Assembly: GCA_965153285.1 (NCBI GenBank)
Contig: OZ229122.1
Length of the DNA stretch: 64,000 nt
Strand: one strand, 5' to 3'
Source: Podarcis tiliguerta
Taxonomy: Eukaryota
Shown here: one piece after another, positions 38,168 to 48,719 of the stretch
Position numbering within the stretch: position 1 is the stretch's first letter
Layout: every line of letters begins with the position of its first letter
Notes under the pieces: generated by a model
Told to the model about the DNA's origin: nothing
Database searches by the model: none
What the model saw: the letters and a program-made list of their open reading frames with translations, nothing else
Program-made: the position numbers and the translations under genes

Positions 38168-40520
38168 GTGGAGGGTGCGGGGTGGTAACAGCATTTCGAT
38201 ACAGCCGTTTCCCCCTTTGCTGCCTGGACTTAAGACATTGCACGAAGATCCTGGACTTAGAAGGGCGGGGGGCGATGTTTCATGCAATGTGGGAAAGAGT
38301 CAGCTTGAAGGGTGGCAAGGAGGGCCCAGTTTATTGCGATTGCCTTTTGTAACCTTTGCACCCATTTGCCCATGTCCCCCTTACTCAATTTTCAAAAGAT
38401 GCTACCTCCCAACAAAGTACGTCCCTCCCCATAATTTACGGCTTCTTTCCCTCTCTCCGGCTCCCACCGCGCCCCCAGGAATTGCCCCGATTCCTCCGTA
38501 ACACCCCCACAGCTTTTTGCATGGACTTCTTATCATAGTGAGGTAGTTTTGTTTCCACGCTGCATTTTTAAAATTATTTTTTAAGTATCCGTAGAGAGTT
38601 GGAAGATATTTAACATTAGCTTGGGCCCTTTGGGATAACGCTCCGTGCAGTCGAGTAAGTGGTTTATAATCCACGAAAGCTTGTGTTACCGTAATATAAT
38701 TGTTTTGCCTTTAGGATGCAACAGGATTTATATTTGCCACAACAAACTCCGCTGCCCCTCTGGCATTTGCTCATATTTTGTCCTTTGTACGTTCATGTGT
38801 TTTTTCACCACCAGACAAGCCAACTGGACTGGAGGGGATTTTGAACCATGATCTAAAAAATATAACTAAACAAACAGTTTTGGGGACACAAAGTACTAAC
38901 AGTACAGAGAAATGAAGAGCTGTTTTGCACATTACACAGAAATCCAGGTTTCCAACCCCCTCCCCCATAGGGAGCTGTGGCCAGTCCAAGCTTTTCAACA
39001 ACAAGGTGTGATGTGTGTGTTTTTAAATAGTTGTTCATCACATTCACACTTTCGATTTTTAGATGTATACTTGAGGGTGTTTTTTTTTAAAGGTATATAC
39101 CTAAAAACCACAGGGTTGTATCCTGTTTTAGTCATACTCAGAGCAGACCCATAAAAATTAATTGACATGATTTAGTCCATTAATTGTGGAATTATGTAAA
39201 CAAAACCTGGTTGGATATAATGTTCAAAGTGGCCCAGATTTCTTTACAGGCATTTTTTTTACAAGTGTAAACAATGGAGAACAAGTCTTAGGTAACCAAC
39301 TTATTCCCTGCAATTACTTTGTGTCTTATTTCAACGTTCCCTTGGTTTGATTTTCTAAGGACTAATAATCTGTAGCGATATATGGACATGTTCATGGTTC
39401 AACTACCTTACAATCTGGTGCAGCCAGAGACAACACAGTCTTTTGTAGTGTTTGACTGCTGTACAGTGAGATAGTGCACTGTGTATATAACAAAGAGCAT
39501 CTAACCACATGTGGATGTGTCAAATGTGTAATCACATCACAAAGTGTAACATGCTCTTCCCATTCCTTCCTCAAGGATGCCACAATACAAGTTGTATAAT
39601 AAGAGCTTGTTGATTAGTTGGTTCAGTTCCATTCCCATTTTAAAATCTCTTGGTGTATTGTATGGTGTACATACCTCAGTAAAAGTCATTTATTTGAATT
39701 TATATCTCTACCCTTGTCCACCAGCTCAGTGGATTCCCTTAAACAAGCTGTTACCTCTCAGCCTCAGTCCTTCCCCCAGCCCATTTGCAACATGGGGATA
39801 ACGAAGCTGATCTTATATTACTGGATTGTTATGTGGATTACCAAGAGGTTAATGAAGTGCTCTGAAAACTCTTCAGGGGCCATTTAAATGGTATAGTGAT
39901 TATAAAAAGAAAAACCTAAAAGCCACAGAGTAGCTTAGAAACGCTGTGCAAATATGCTCTGCCAGTCCAACAAAATTAAAAATATAATTGTTCAAATGAA
40001 TAAACAGGCCTTAAACCTGGGGACAGAAATAAGACATGGCTGAATCCAGTGTTAGTCATACTTAGAATAGATTGCTAAGTGGTGCCCATTCATTTCAACG
40101 GGTCTACTCTTGAGTTCAATTAACATTGGAGTTTCTTCTTCGTGGGCCTCCCTGGGAATGCTATTCCATAATTATGACTCCTCTCTTGAGAAAGCCTGGC
40201 ACCAAGCAGCCATAGAATTCACCTCCCTAGAGGAAAGCACCCACAATAGGGCGCTTCCAGCATATCCCAGATAATGTACAGAAGGATGCAATCCCAAAGT
40301 TTTGCAAGGCCCAAGCCACTTCAGCAGACCCGTCCCCATGTCATAATATGACAGAGTTTGCCCCTCTCACAACATCGTTTTCTCTTTCTTCCCCACCTGC
40401 CCTCTCCAATCTCACACCATTGCTACATGGATATAATTATCAAGAACACTGGGTTGCCGTAGAAAGGTTTCTACAACGTGACGTGGCACAAACTCCTTCA
40501 GTTCTTTTTTTATTATTTAG

Positions 40521-40637
40521 GTGCTTGTCAGGAGCCTCCTTTGCCAAGAGAAAGAAGAAGGACTCCAGGCATTTCTGGCGAGAGAGTACCCGTGTGTGCC
40601 GAGATGCAGGAGAGCTATGAAACAGTGATCTCGCTGG
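40521..40637 (+). CDS. ZNF gene exon ending in a degenerate KRAB-A-like C-terminal motif
   Basis: ttatttag| ... EMQESYETVISL(A)|GTAAGG; resembles the KRAB-A tail (VMQENYETLxSL) with the typical phase-1 junction. Confidence 0.7.
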
Positions 40638-40939
40638 GTAAGGGATCCCACTGCTTAAAATGTCTGTGCCGCCGGACTTGAACTCGAACCTTATCTACCC
40701 AGAACTAAAAATAGCTCTATGGCATCTCAAGTCATCACATGGAAATTGTGTTGTGATGCCAGTTTGCCTCAATCACTGACTTTACCTCCAATGGCGCTCT
40801 CTTCCCTTGTCTCCCAAGACAGATGAACGCCAACAAAATAGTGGGGACCACACGTTGGTTTATATACATTTTTTTGCGGTGGGAAAGAGCTGCTGATTTT
40901 TAAGGCCATATAGAAGTCACCACCTTCTCCCCTGTATAG

Positions 40940-41075
40940 CAGGGTTTCCCAAACTTGAGTCTCTAGCTGTTTTTGGACTACAACTCCCATCATCCCTAGC
41001 TAGCAGGACCAGTGGTCAGGGATGATAGGAATTGTAGTTTCAAAATAGCCGGAGACCCAAGTTTGAGAAACCCTG
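40940..41075. mobile_element. hAT-type MITE
   Basis: TIR CAGGGTTTCCCAAACTTG / CAAGTTTGAGAAACCCTG; 8-bp TSD ctgtatag / ctatatag; same core as the 21423 copy. Confidence 0.85.
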
Positions 41076-41173
41076 CTATATAGCATCCAAAGACCACTGC
41101 CTAACCAAACATTTTATCCTCCAGAAGTATCTTGTTTGGCTTATTAACCTGTTTTCTGCTCCTCTCTTCTTAG

Positions 41174-41248
41174 CGGAAGAAATTGCCATTAGCTGGCCCC
41201 GGATAACTGCCTTCACAGAGACCCGAGGGCGCCGAGGTTTGGCTCCTG
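41174..41248 (+). CDS. ZNF gene exon at the KRAB-B position (degenerate)
   Basis: ctcttcttag| (A)EEIAISWPRITAFTETRGRRGLAP |GTATGT; 75 bp, phase 1-1. Confidence 0.65.
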
Positions 41249-41521
41249 GTATGTCCTTTATTCAAGAGGATTTTAAGAAATTGTGTGTGGTGACAGAGTG
41301 GGCTACAAATCCTACTTCTGTTCCAATACCTAAAAGAGTGCAACTCATTTCTCCCTTGTGAGCTGTAAGCCTTCCCTTCTCAAACTGCACTGAAAGGGAA
41401 TCTAGAATTTGCTCCCACGTTGCAGGTCAGCAGGCCCTTCTGAGGGCCACATGCCGGTAGTGGGTGGGGGCCAGGCAGAAGCAGACAGAGTGACGGATAT
41501 GACTCTTACCTTTGCGTACAG

Positions 41522-41749
41522 CAGGTGATGCAGAAATCAGGAGTTTATACACGCACACCCCACACCCACCTCTCCATCCAGGGAAACGAGAGTCCTTATT
41601 AAAGGTCAAAGGCACATTCCAGCCAGGCAAAAGCTTTCAAAGAGGACCAGTGTGGTGTGCAGCCTGGGAAGAGGTAGTGTGGCCTCAGGAAATTCCTGAA
41701 GGCCCAGCGAGAGCTGAAGGGCCCTGGTGTTCCCCACCTGTGTTCTACT
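41522..41749 (+). CDS. ZNF gene putative internal exon (spacer-like)
   Basis: tacag|CAGGTGATG acceptor; open frame AGDAEIRSLY...PPVFY; donor T|GTATGA; phase 1-1. Confidence 0.5.
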
Positions 41750-41864
41750 GTATGAGTTTCTTCCGATCATGGTCCTAAATATTTCAGTTTGTTAATAGTT
41801 GTAGACAATGTTTGAAATTAGCCAGGCGCCAGGTGCATTTGGACCTGACTAGCGGCCACTAGCG

Positions 41865-42196
41865 GGGACGCGGGTGGCGCTGTGGGTTAAACCACATAGC
41901 CTAGGACTTGCTGATTAGAAGGTCGGCAGTTCAAATCCCGTTGCTCGGTTCCTGCTCCTGCCAACCTAGCAGTTCAAAAGCACGTCAAAGTGCAAGTAGA
42001 TAAATAGGTACCGCTCCGGCGGAAAGGTAAACGGCATTTCCGTGCGCTGCTCTGGTTCGCCAGAAGTGGCTTAGTCATGCTGGCCACATGACCCGGAAGC
42101 TGTACGCCGGCTCCCTCGGCCAATAAAGCGAGATGAGTGCCGCAACCCCAGAGTCGGCCACGACTGGACCTAACGGTCAGGGGTCCCTTTACCTTT
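41865..42196 (+). mobile_element. Sauria SINE (POM/Squam1-type), near full length
   Basis: GGGACGCGGGTGGCGCTGTGGGTTAAACC head; Bov-B-related tail ending CCTTTACCTTT; 17-bp TSD actagcg(g/a)ccactagcg at 41848 and 42197. Confidence 0.9.
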
Positions 42197-42828
42197 ACTA
42201 GCGACCACTAGCGGCCAAGTGAAGATGCCTGGGTGCCAGGATGGTGCCTGACATCTCCACCATCTGGAGGTGCATGCCTGGGGATCATTGGATCTGGACT
42301 GTTTTCACACACTAGTACCCCATCCTGTTATATTTTATCTGCACAATCAGAATGAATTTCAGGAACCAAAATGCTTTTTCTGTGCCGCCTGAGAAGGAGC
42401 AGTGACCAACATTACAGTTAACCGCTTTAGCTTGTCTTCACTTTCTCCACTCCCACCGCCCTGCTCACAGTTGTGAAGAATATTCTTATGTTATGAATGG
42501 TCCATGTCACTGTTAAGAAAAAGAGGTAGGGACAGGAGTGTATGTGGACTTTTCTTCTTTTAAGTTCTCAAAATTCTTAATCTAGCTCAAGGTTGTTTTC
42601 TGAACTAGCCAGATGTTTAACTGATAATCACAGTCAATCAATCCTTTGGAAAAATAAGAATTTAGAGCCGTCTTGCTCCAAAATGGCAACTAGACATTCC
42701 ATTTTGGCGACTGTAACCTTGGTTTATTTGAGTTTCTAACACGGGCTGCAGAAAGGATGGAACCTCATTTACAAACTGTCAGGTACTCTGACTCAGGTGG
42801 TGACGAGTGCTCACAGCAAAGTCTGCTA

Positions 42829-43054
42829 CAGTGGTACCTCAGGTTAAGTACTTAATTCGTTCCGGAGGTCCGTTCTTAACCTGAAACTGTTCTTAACCTG
42901 AAGCACCACTTTAGCTAATGGGGCCTCCTGCCGCCACCGCGCTGCCGGAGCACGATTTCTGTTCTCATCCTGAAACAAAGTTATTAACCCGAGGTACTAT
43001 TTCTGGGTTAGCGGAGCCTGTAACCTGAAGTGTCTGTAACCTGAAGTACCACTG
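42829..43054. mobile_element. Tigger/pogo-like MITE, copy 2
   Basis: TA|CAGTGGTAC...GTACCACTG|TA; colinear with the 31940 copy. Confidence 0.9.
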
Positions 43055-43452
43055 TATTCCTTTTGTAACCTCCCCACCCCCAAGCGAGAGCAGAGAAAGG
43101 CACCTAGAGCAGAGCCTCTGAGCTTCTTGGCTAAACCGTCAAATTCTCCCTTTACCATCCTCACTCTCTCCTGATTGGCTGTGTCTCCTCCCTGCCACGA
43201 ACGGCTCTGGGTCTCCAGGATGACGACCCAACGGCCTGTCCCATTGCAGCAACCCTGGAGCAGACAAAGACAGCCGTCTTGACTTAACTCGCGTCATTTG
43301 TCCCAAGGGCACAATCCTCCTGCAGCGTTTTGCAGGCCTTGCCCCCGTGTAAATTAGTTTGAATGCCTAGAACAGGCAACGGGGCTCCTAGGGCCCTCCA
43401 TTCACAGCAGAGTCTGGCATTCCTTTCACTTTGTTTCTGTCCCTCTTCCCAG

Positions 43453-43707
43453 GGCTAGAAATGGAACCTGAGCAAGGGCAATTGGCACCTTTGCAGGGGC
43501 AGGCGGCAGCAGCAGCGGCAGCAGCAGCTACAGCCGGCTCAAGTGAAGAAGGGATCCTGCCGGACTTCCGGAGGCAGCTTGGGGTGATCCTGCAGACCGT
43601 TGGCAAGGCACAAGTGGAGAAGATGCTGAGGGAGCTGGTGAAGGAGCAGGAGCAGCAGGGGAGAGTCAGGCGGCGCAAGAGGGTGACCCGGAGCCCCCGC
43701 CTTGGAG
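43453..43707 (+). CDS. ZNF gene exon with poly-Ala tract and predicted amphipathic helical domain
   Basis: cttcccag| LEMEPEQGQLAPLQGQAAAAAAAAATAGSSEEGILPDFRRQLGVILQTVGKAQVEKMLRELVKEQEQQGRVRRRKRVTRSPRLG |GTAAGG; GC-rich coding-like composition; phase 1-1. Confidence 0.8.
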
Positions 43708-43762
43708 GTAAGGGCATCAGCCGGGGCAAGTGGGGTCCTTTTTTTCTTTCTTTCTTTTTTTT

Positions 43763-43998
43763 TTTGATTTGATATCCCGCCTTTCACTCCCCTTCAGGAG
43801 TCTCAAAGCGGCTCACAATCTCCTTTCCCTTCCTCCCCCACAACAAACACTCTGTGAGGTGAGTGGGGCTGAGAGACTTCAAAGAAGTGTGACTGGCCCA
43901 AGGTCACCCAGCAGCTGCATGTGGAGGAGCAGAGACGCGAACCCGGTTCCCCAGATTACGTGACTACCGCTCTTAACCACTACACCACACTGGCTCTC
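43763..43998 (-). mobile_element. tRNA-derived SINE (Squam3-like), young
   Basis: Reverse head GAGAGCCAGTGTGGTGTAGTGGTTAAGAGCGG and B box GGTTCGCGTC; nearly identical to 63865-64000. Confidence 0.85.
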
Positions 43999-44389
43999 AG
44001 TTCTGAGGCCTGGCCACCTTGCTTTGGGCAGCTGAAAAGGGGTGTGGCAGGCTGGATCGAGTTTTGCAGCAATCAGACGCTACCATTTAATTCTTAACTG
44101 TTTTTAAGATCTGCGGCCAAGGATTTGCCTGCTTTTATTTCAAACCACGATGTGATATTCAGGGCCACCCTCCTGACCCCTCCAGTCATCTTGGCCTCCC
44201 TGGCTTACATAGTCTTCAGGCTTCGTCTCTTTCTCTCTGCCTTCCTACTAATTGCTCAAAACCCTCTGTCGTCGTGTACAGTGTGAGCTCTTTCTGGCTT
44301 AGCCTTTCTTCTTAGACACCCATCCTTCTGCTCCCTGCCGCCTAAACCCTTCTTTTCTGCATACCATCTCGGCCCTCAAATAAAACTTT

Positions 44390-44585
44390 GTCGTACCTTG
44401 GAAGTCGAATGGAATCCATTCTGGAAAGTCCATTCGACTTCCAAAATGTTCGGAAACCAAAGCGCGGCTTCTGATTGGCTGCAGGAAGCCCCTGCAGCCA
44501 ATCGGAAGCCCCGTCAGATGTTCGGCTTCCAAAAATAGTTCACAAACCGGAACAGTCACTTCTGGGTTTGTGGCATTTGGGAGCC
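44390..44585. mobile_element. Truncated Tigger-like MITE with internal hairpin
   Basis: gtcgtaccttggaagtcgaa terminus; internal palindrome ttctgattggctgcagg / cctgcagccaatcggaa. Confidence 0.55.
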
Positions 44586-44766
44586 TCATTTGTCTCTGGC
44601 CCAGACAACCACTGTCAGCTGGCCCCTGTAGGCTTCCTTAGAAGGGAAAATGGCCCTCAGGGTGAAAAGGGTTCCCTACCCCTGGCCCAGCCTGTCCCCC
44701 TTGCAGACATCATTGTGTTCTCCCCCCACCCCAAGGTGCAGAAATTTATCCACCTTTCTGTCTCAG

Positions 44767-46280
44767 CAGGTGATGAAGCAGGTGGGCAGAACAACTCAGA
44801 GGCCTCACATGCTGGAACGTTGGAAGCACCCACCATCTTGTCTAGAAAGCCAGTTGCGAATGAGCTGCAGATGCCCCTCTTGTGCCCAGGGCTGGTGGCA
44901 GGCCAAAAGCAACCCATTTCAGGGAAGATTTTTCATGGGGACGCCAGAGGGTGTAAGAACAGTCTTGTCCACCAGCAGAGCCCTCTGGGAACGAGATGGG
45001 GGGCAGGCCTTGAGCCCCGGGAGAGCGTTGGCTGCAGCCCGCTCCACAACATGAGCCGGGACTCCCAGGATGCCGTGAGACTCTGGCCGCCTTTTGGCGA
45101 AAGAGCCCAGTTCTTCTCAGCGTGGCAGAAACCACGCTTCACCCAGAGACGCCGGCGCCCGCCTGCAGGAGAGAAACCCCACCGCTGCGGGCCATGCAGG
45201 AGGACCATTGTCGTCCCGCCACAGAGATCCAGCTCACCTCCAAATTCCGCCTTGGCTCCTGTCCTGGATTCTGCCTCCGCCTCTTCTCTTGTCTTGCCTC
45301 TGAACTCTGTAGGGGCAGCAACTACCCAGCTGCCAGGCGGGAACTCTGTTTCAGGCCAGCCCCGGAAACCCCACGGCTGCGAGGAGTGTGGCAAGCGGTT
45401 CCGAATCCTCGCCAACTTAGAGCGGCACCAGCAGCGCCATGCAGTGGAGAAGCCTCACCAGTGTCGTGATTGCGGGCGCCGTTTCCGCTGGGGCTGCCAC
45501 CTGGAGCGCCACCGGCGTTCGCGCCGCTGTGTGGAGTGTGGTGGGGGGCTGGCCACGCCACCTCCACCCCCGTCCCCGCCCCCGGAACCCGACCGGCCCT
45601 ATTCCTGCGGCGAATGCGGGAGGCGGTTCACCCAGCGCTCGGCGCTCAGCAAGCACCGGCGGCTGCACTCAGGGGAGCGGCCTTATGGCTGCGGAGAGTG
45701 CGGCAAGCGCTTCCTGCAGCGCTCCGACCTCACCATCCACGTGCGCTCGCATTCCGGGGAGCAGCCCTACGTGTGCACGGAGTGCGGCCGCCGCTTCAGC
45801 GTCAGCTCGAACCTCAGCAAGCACAGGCGCATGCACCGTGGGGAGCGCCCCCACGCCTGCTCCGTTTGCGCCAAGCGCTTCCTGCAGCGCTCCGAGCTCC
45901 TCATCCACCAGCGTGCTCACACCGGGGAGCGCCCCTACCCCTGCACAGCCTGCGGGAAGCGCTTTGCTCGCCGGGCGCACCTCAAACGCCACCAGCGCAC
46001 CCACGGCAGCGTGCCTGCCGCAACCACTGCCTCTCGTCACCAGAGTGCCCGTCTGCTGGCCCCTTCCGCAGCAGATACCACACCCCTTCTTGAACACGAG
46101 GGGGCGCCCGATGCCCTGGAGTCACGCCCCTGCTCCAACACGCATGGTGCGGGCCCACGCTCACCAGCATCCGACCCTGTCTTTTCAGCAGGCCGAAGTC
46201 CTGTGGGTGCTGCTTCGCTGGGCCTTCCCTGGGCCGTGACCTCCTCCGCCCGCCTCCCCTTCTGTTCCAGTTCTCTTTGA
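44767..46280 (+). CDS. C2H2 zinc-finger protein, terminal exon (6 intact fingers plus degenerate ones)
   Basis: tctcag|CAGGTGATG acceptor in frame with ORF 44475-46280; CxxC-x12-HxxxH repeats with TGERP-type linkers: one isolated intact finger, one finger lacking the last His, five tandem fingers; stop TGA at 46278-46280. Confidence 0.93.
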
Positions 46281-48493
46281 TTTTGCTGTAGCTTTCCTGT
46301 ATCCCTGCCCTTTGTCACTCCCTCGCGACCAGCGGGCTCCTCGGTTGAACCTCAGAGGCGCAGCTCGGGGTAGATGCAGTAGGTGCAGACCAGTTTCCAA
46401 AGGAGCAGGGGAGGCAGCAGGCAGTAGCTCGAATTTTTGGACCCAGCCCTTGTTTGCTAGGAAGCCTGGTGGTTTTCTTTTGCTTTCCCCCCCCCCCCCT
46501 TGGAGCCTGCTAGGCTCTGCGTAGGGCCCCGATTCTGTGGGTGAGATGGCGGGAGTAAGGTGGGCATGCCAAGACCCTGGGTGAGATGTCAGCTATGTTC
46601 CCTGGACCTTTGACTGGGCTCTTTAGCACCAATCAACGTGACCCATTTGGGCGCATTATTTAAAGTCTGCGGGAGAGGGGTTAGGTAGGCTACCTTTGTG
46701 GATTTGGGGAGGGAAGCACCCTGGGTTGATCGCAGCTAACCATTGCAAGCCGTCATTGTTGCTTGTGAGACACAGTAGGATCACTGGCATGCACTTCTGA
46801 GACAAACACACATGGATACTTGTTCTCCTGACATCGTCCAAGCACATGGTCACCCATCCTCCCCACCACCCCACCCCACCCATAAAATTTTGTAAATGTC
46901 ATTAGGGCTCCTCCTGACACTCTAACCCTGGGTCTTCTTGGCTGACTGTCTCTCCTTGACCAGACTGCCTTTGTTTCCTTTTGCGGGAAGAAAAGCTCAA
47001 CAAGGCTTCTCCCAAGTGCTTGGCCCCACTTCCCGAGACAAGATGGCACGCTTGGCCATGCTGTTGAGTCCCTCTCACAGAAAAAAACACTGACTGTGGC
47101 ATAATCTGGGAAGTGGGTTGTGTGTGCAGCTTGTGGACCCAACACAGCTTGTGCTTCTCTCTTCTGCCTGCAAAGAAGTTTCATGGCAATGCCCAAGCCC
47201 TGGAAGATCTGGGACCACAGTGCAAGAAACAAGCCAAAAAGCAAGGAGGATGTTCACTGATTCTTCAGAGCAGTTCAGAAGCAGAGAAATGGTCCATTGA
47301 GTTGTGTCAGGATTTGAACTCAGTTGCTGCTTGTTGAATATGGGACAAAACGGCTGGTGCCTTCAAAAGGGGCTATAGTGCTTCCTTCACCATTAGCTCC
47401 CGAGAAAGCAGGCTGACGGAGGAGGAGAAGAAGCAGGAGGCATCTGCTTTGATCAGAATTGTGGACTAGAACAATGGCGGAGTTGGGGGCGGGTGGGGAG
47501 TCTGGTTTTTACAGCCTCATATGTTTTCCAGCTCTAGTGAGAATGGTAAAGTTGCTGCTGAGTTGGGATCAACCCCACGTGGCCTGTACCACTCTCTAGG
47601 ACTGTTTCCAGCTCTATGGTAGTTTACCAGACCAGTGTTACTTCTCCAGTTGCTTGTACATTCCTGGTACCTTTTGGACTGGTGTTTCATGGCTAGGGGT
47701 GGGATCAGAGGGCTCTAGAGTAGGGAGGGGGTTAATAATAACTGATTTAGGACTAATACAGTAGAACTTTGTTTTATCAAATCTTAGCATGGAGTGTCTT
47801 TAACCAACACAGAAAAACGATGAATCCAAAACTGTAGATGTAAATGAATCCAATAGAATATTTTGCAACTCCCTTCCCCCAAAGAAGATATTTTGCACCT
47901 CTCAAGACTTAAATGTGAATTTTGTACAAGTATTTCGGGTTTGGTGAGGACAGATCCTCAGAACCCAGGTTTTGCTAGGTTCAAGGCCATTTGCCTCCAT
48001 TTGGCAAGTGTCTGGATGTGGGAAAATGTGTCACTTTTTGAATTTGTGCAATTTTCATTCTTTTTTTTTGAGGGGGGGGGTCAAAGTTGTCATTACAGTT
48101 GCAGCTGTAATACACATCTTCTGCCACTTTATGACCTATGTGCGTTTTAAAAACATGAATAGGGAAACAAGCGGTCCTAAGCACAGCTGCAAGAATGGCA
48201 TTGCTAGCTTGATAAAAAGTGAAAATTTGGGTTCTGTTCACATACCTTGGATTCCGTTGTTTTGGAAGAGTTTTAAAGGTTAGGCAGCAAACCTTAACCG
48301 CACTTATTTGGGAGTAATCCCCAATAGATCCAAATAGGAGTTTCTGAGTAGGTCTGGACGAATTAGCTAAAGCCATTCTGATTGGCTCAATTCTCTCTCC
48401 TGTCCTTTAACTGGTCTACAAAAGTGGGGAAATGGAAATGCTGTGACAGAGCATTGACAGACATATTTGCATTTTAGTGTGAACTGTCAGATA

Positions 48494-48719
48494 CAGTGGT
48501 ACCTCAGGTTACATACGCTTCAGGTTACAGACTCCGCTAACCCAGCAATAGTGCTTCAGGTTAAGAACTTTGCTTCAGGATGAGAACAGAAATCGTGCTC
48601 TGGCAGCCCGGCAGCAGCAGGAGGCCCCATTAGCTAAAGTGGTGCTTCAGGTTAAGAACAGTTTCAGGTTAAGTACGGACTTCCAGAACGAATTAAGTAC
48701 TTAACCTGAGGTACCACTG
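48494..48719. mobile_element. Tigger/pogo-like MITE, copy 3 (opposite orientation)
   Basis: TA|CAGTGGTACCTCAGGTTA...TAACCTGAGGTACCACTG|TA. Confidence 0.9.

Noticed and set aside
44475-44766. N-terminal 97 aa of the 601-aa ORF as a single-exon ZNF start
   Set aside because: It begins at a non-ATG codon inside a MITE remnant, and a good acceptor at 44766 explains the real exon start. A small extra exon near 44631-44661 cannot be excluded but is unsupported.
45122-46239. Alternative-frame and antisense ORFs over the finger exon
   Set aside because: By-products of very high GC content, with no recognisable domains.
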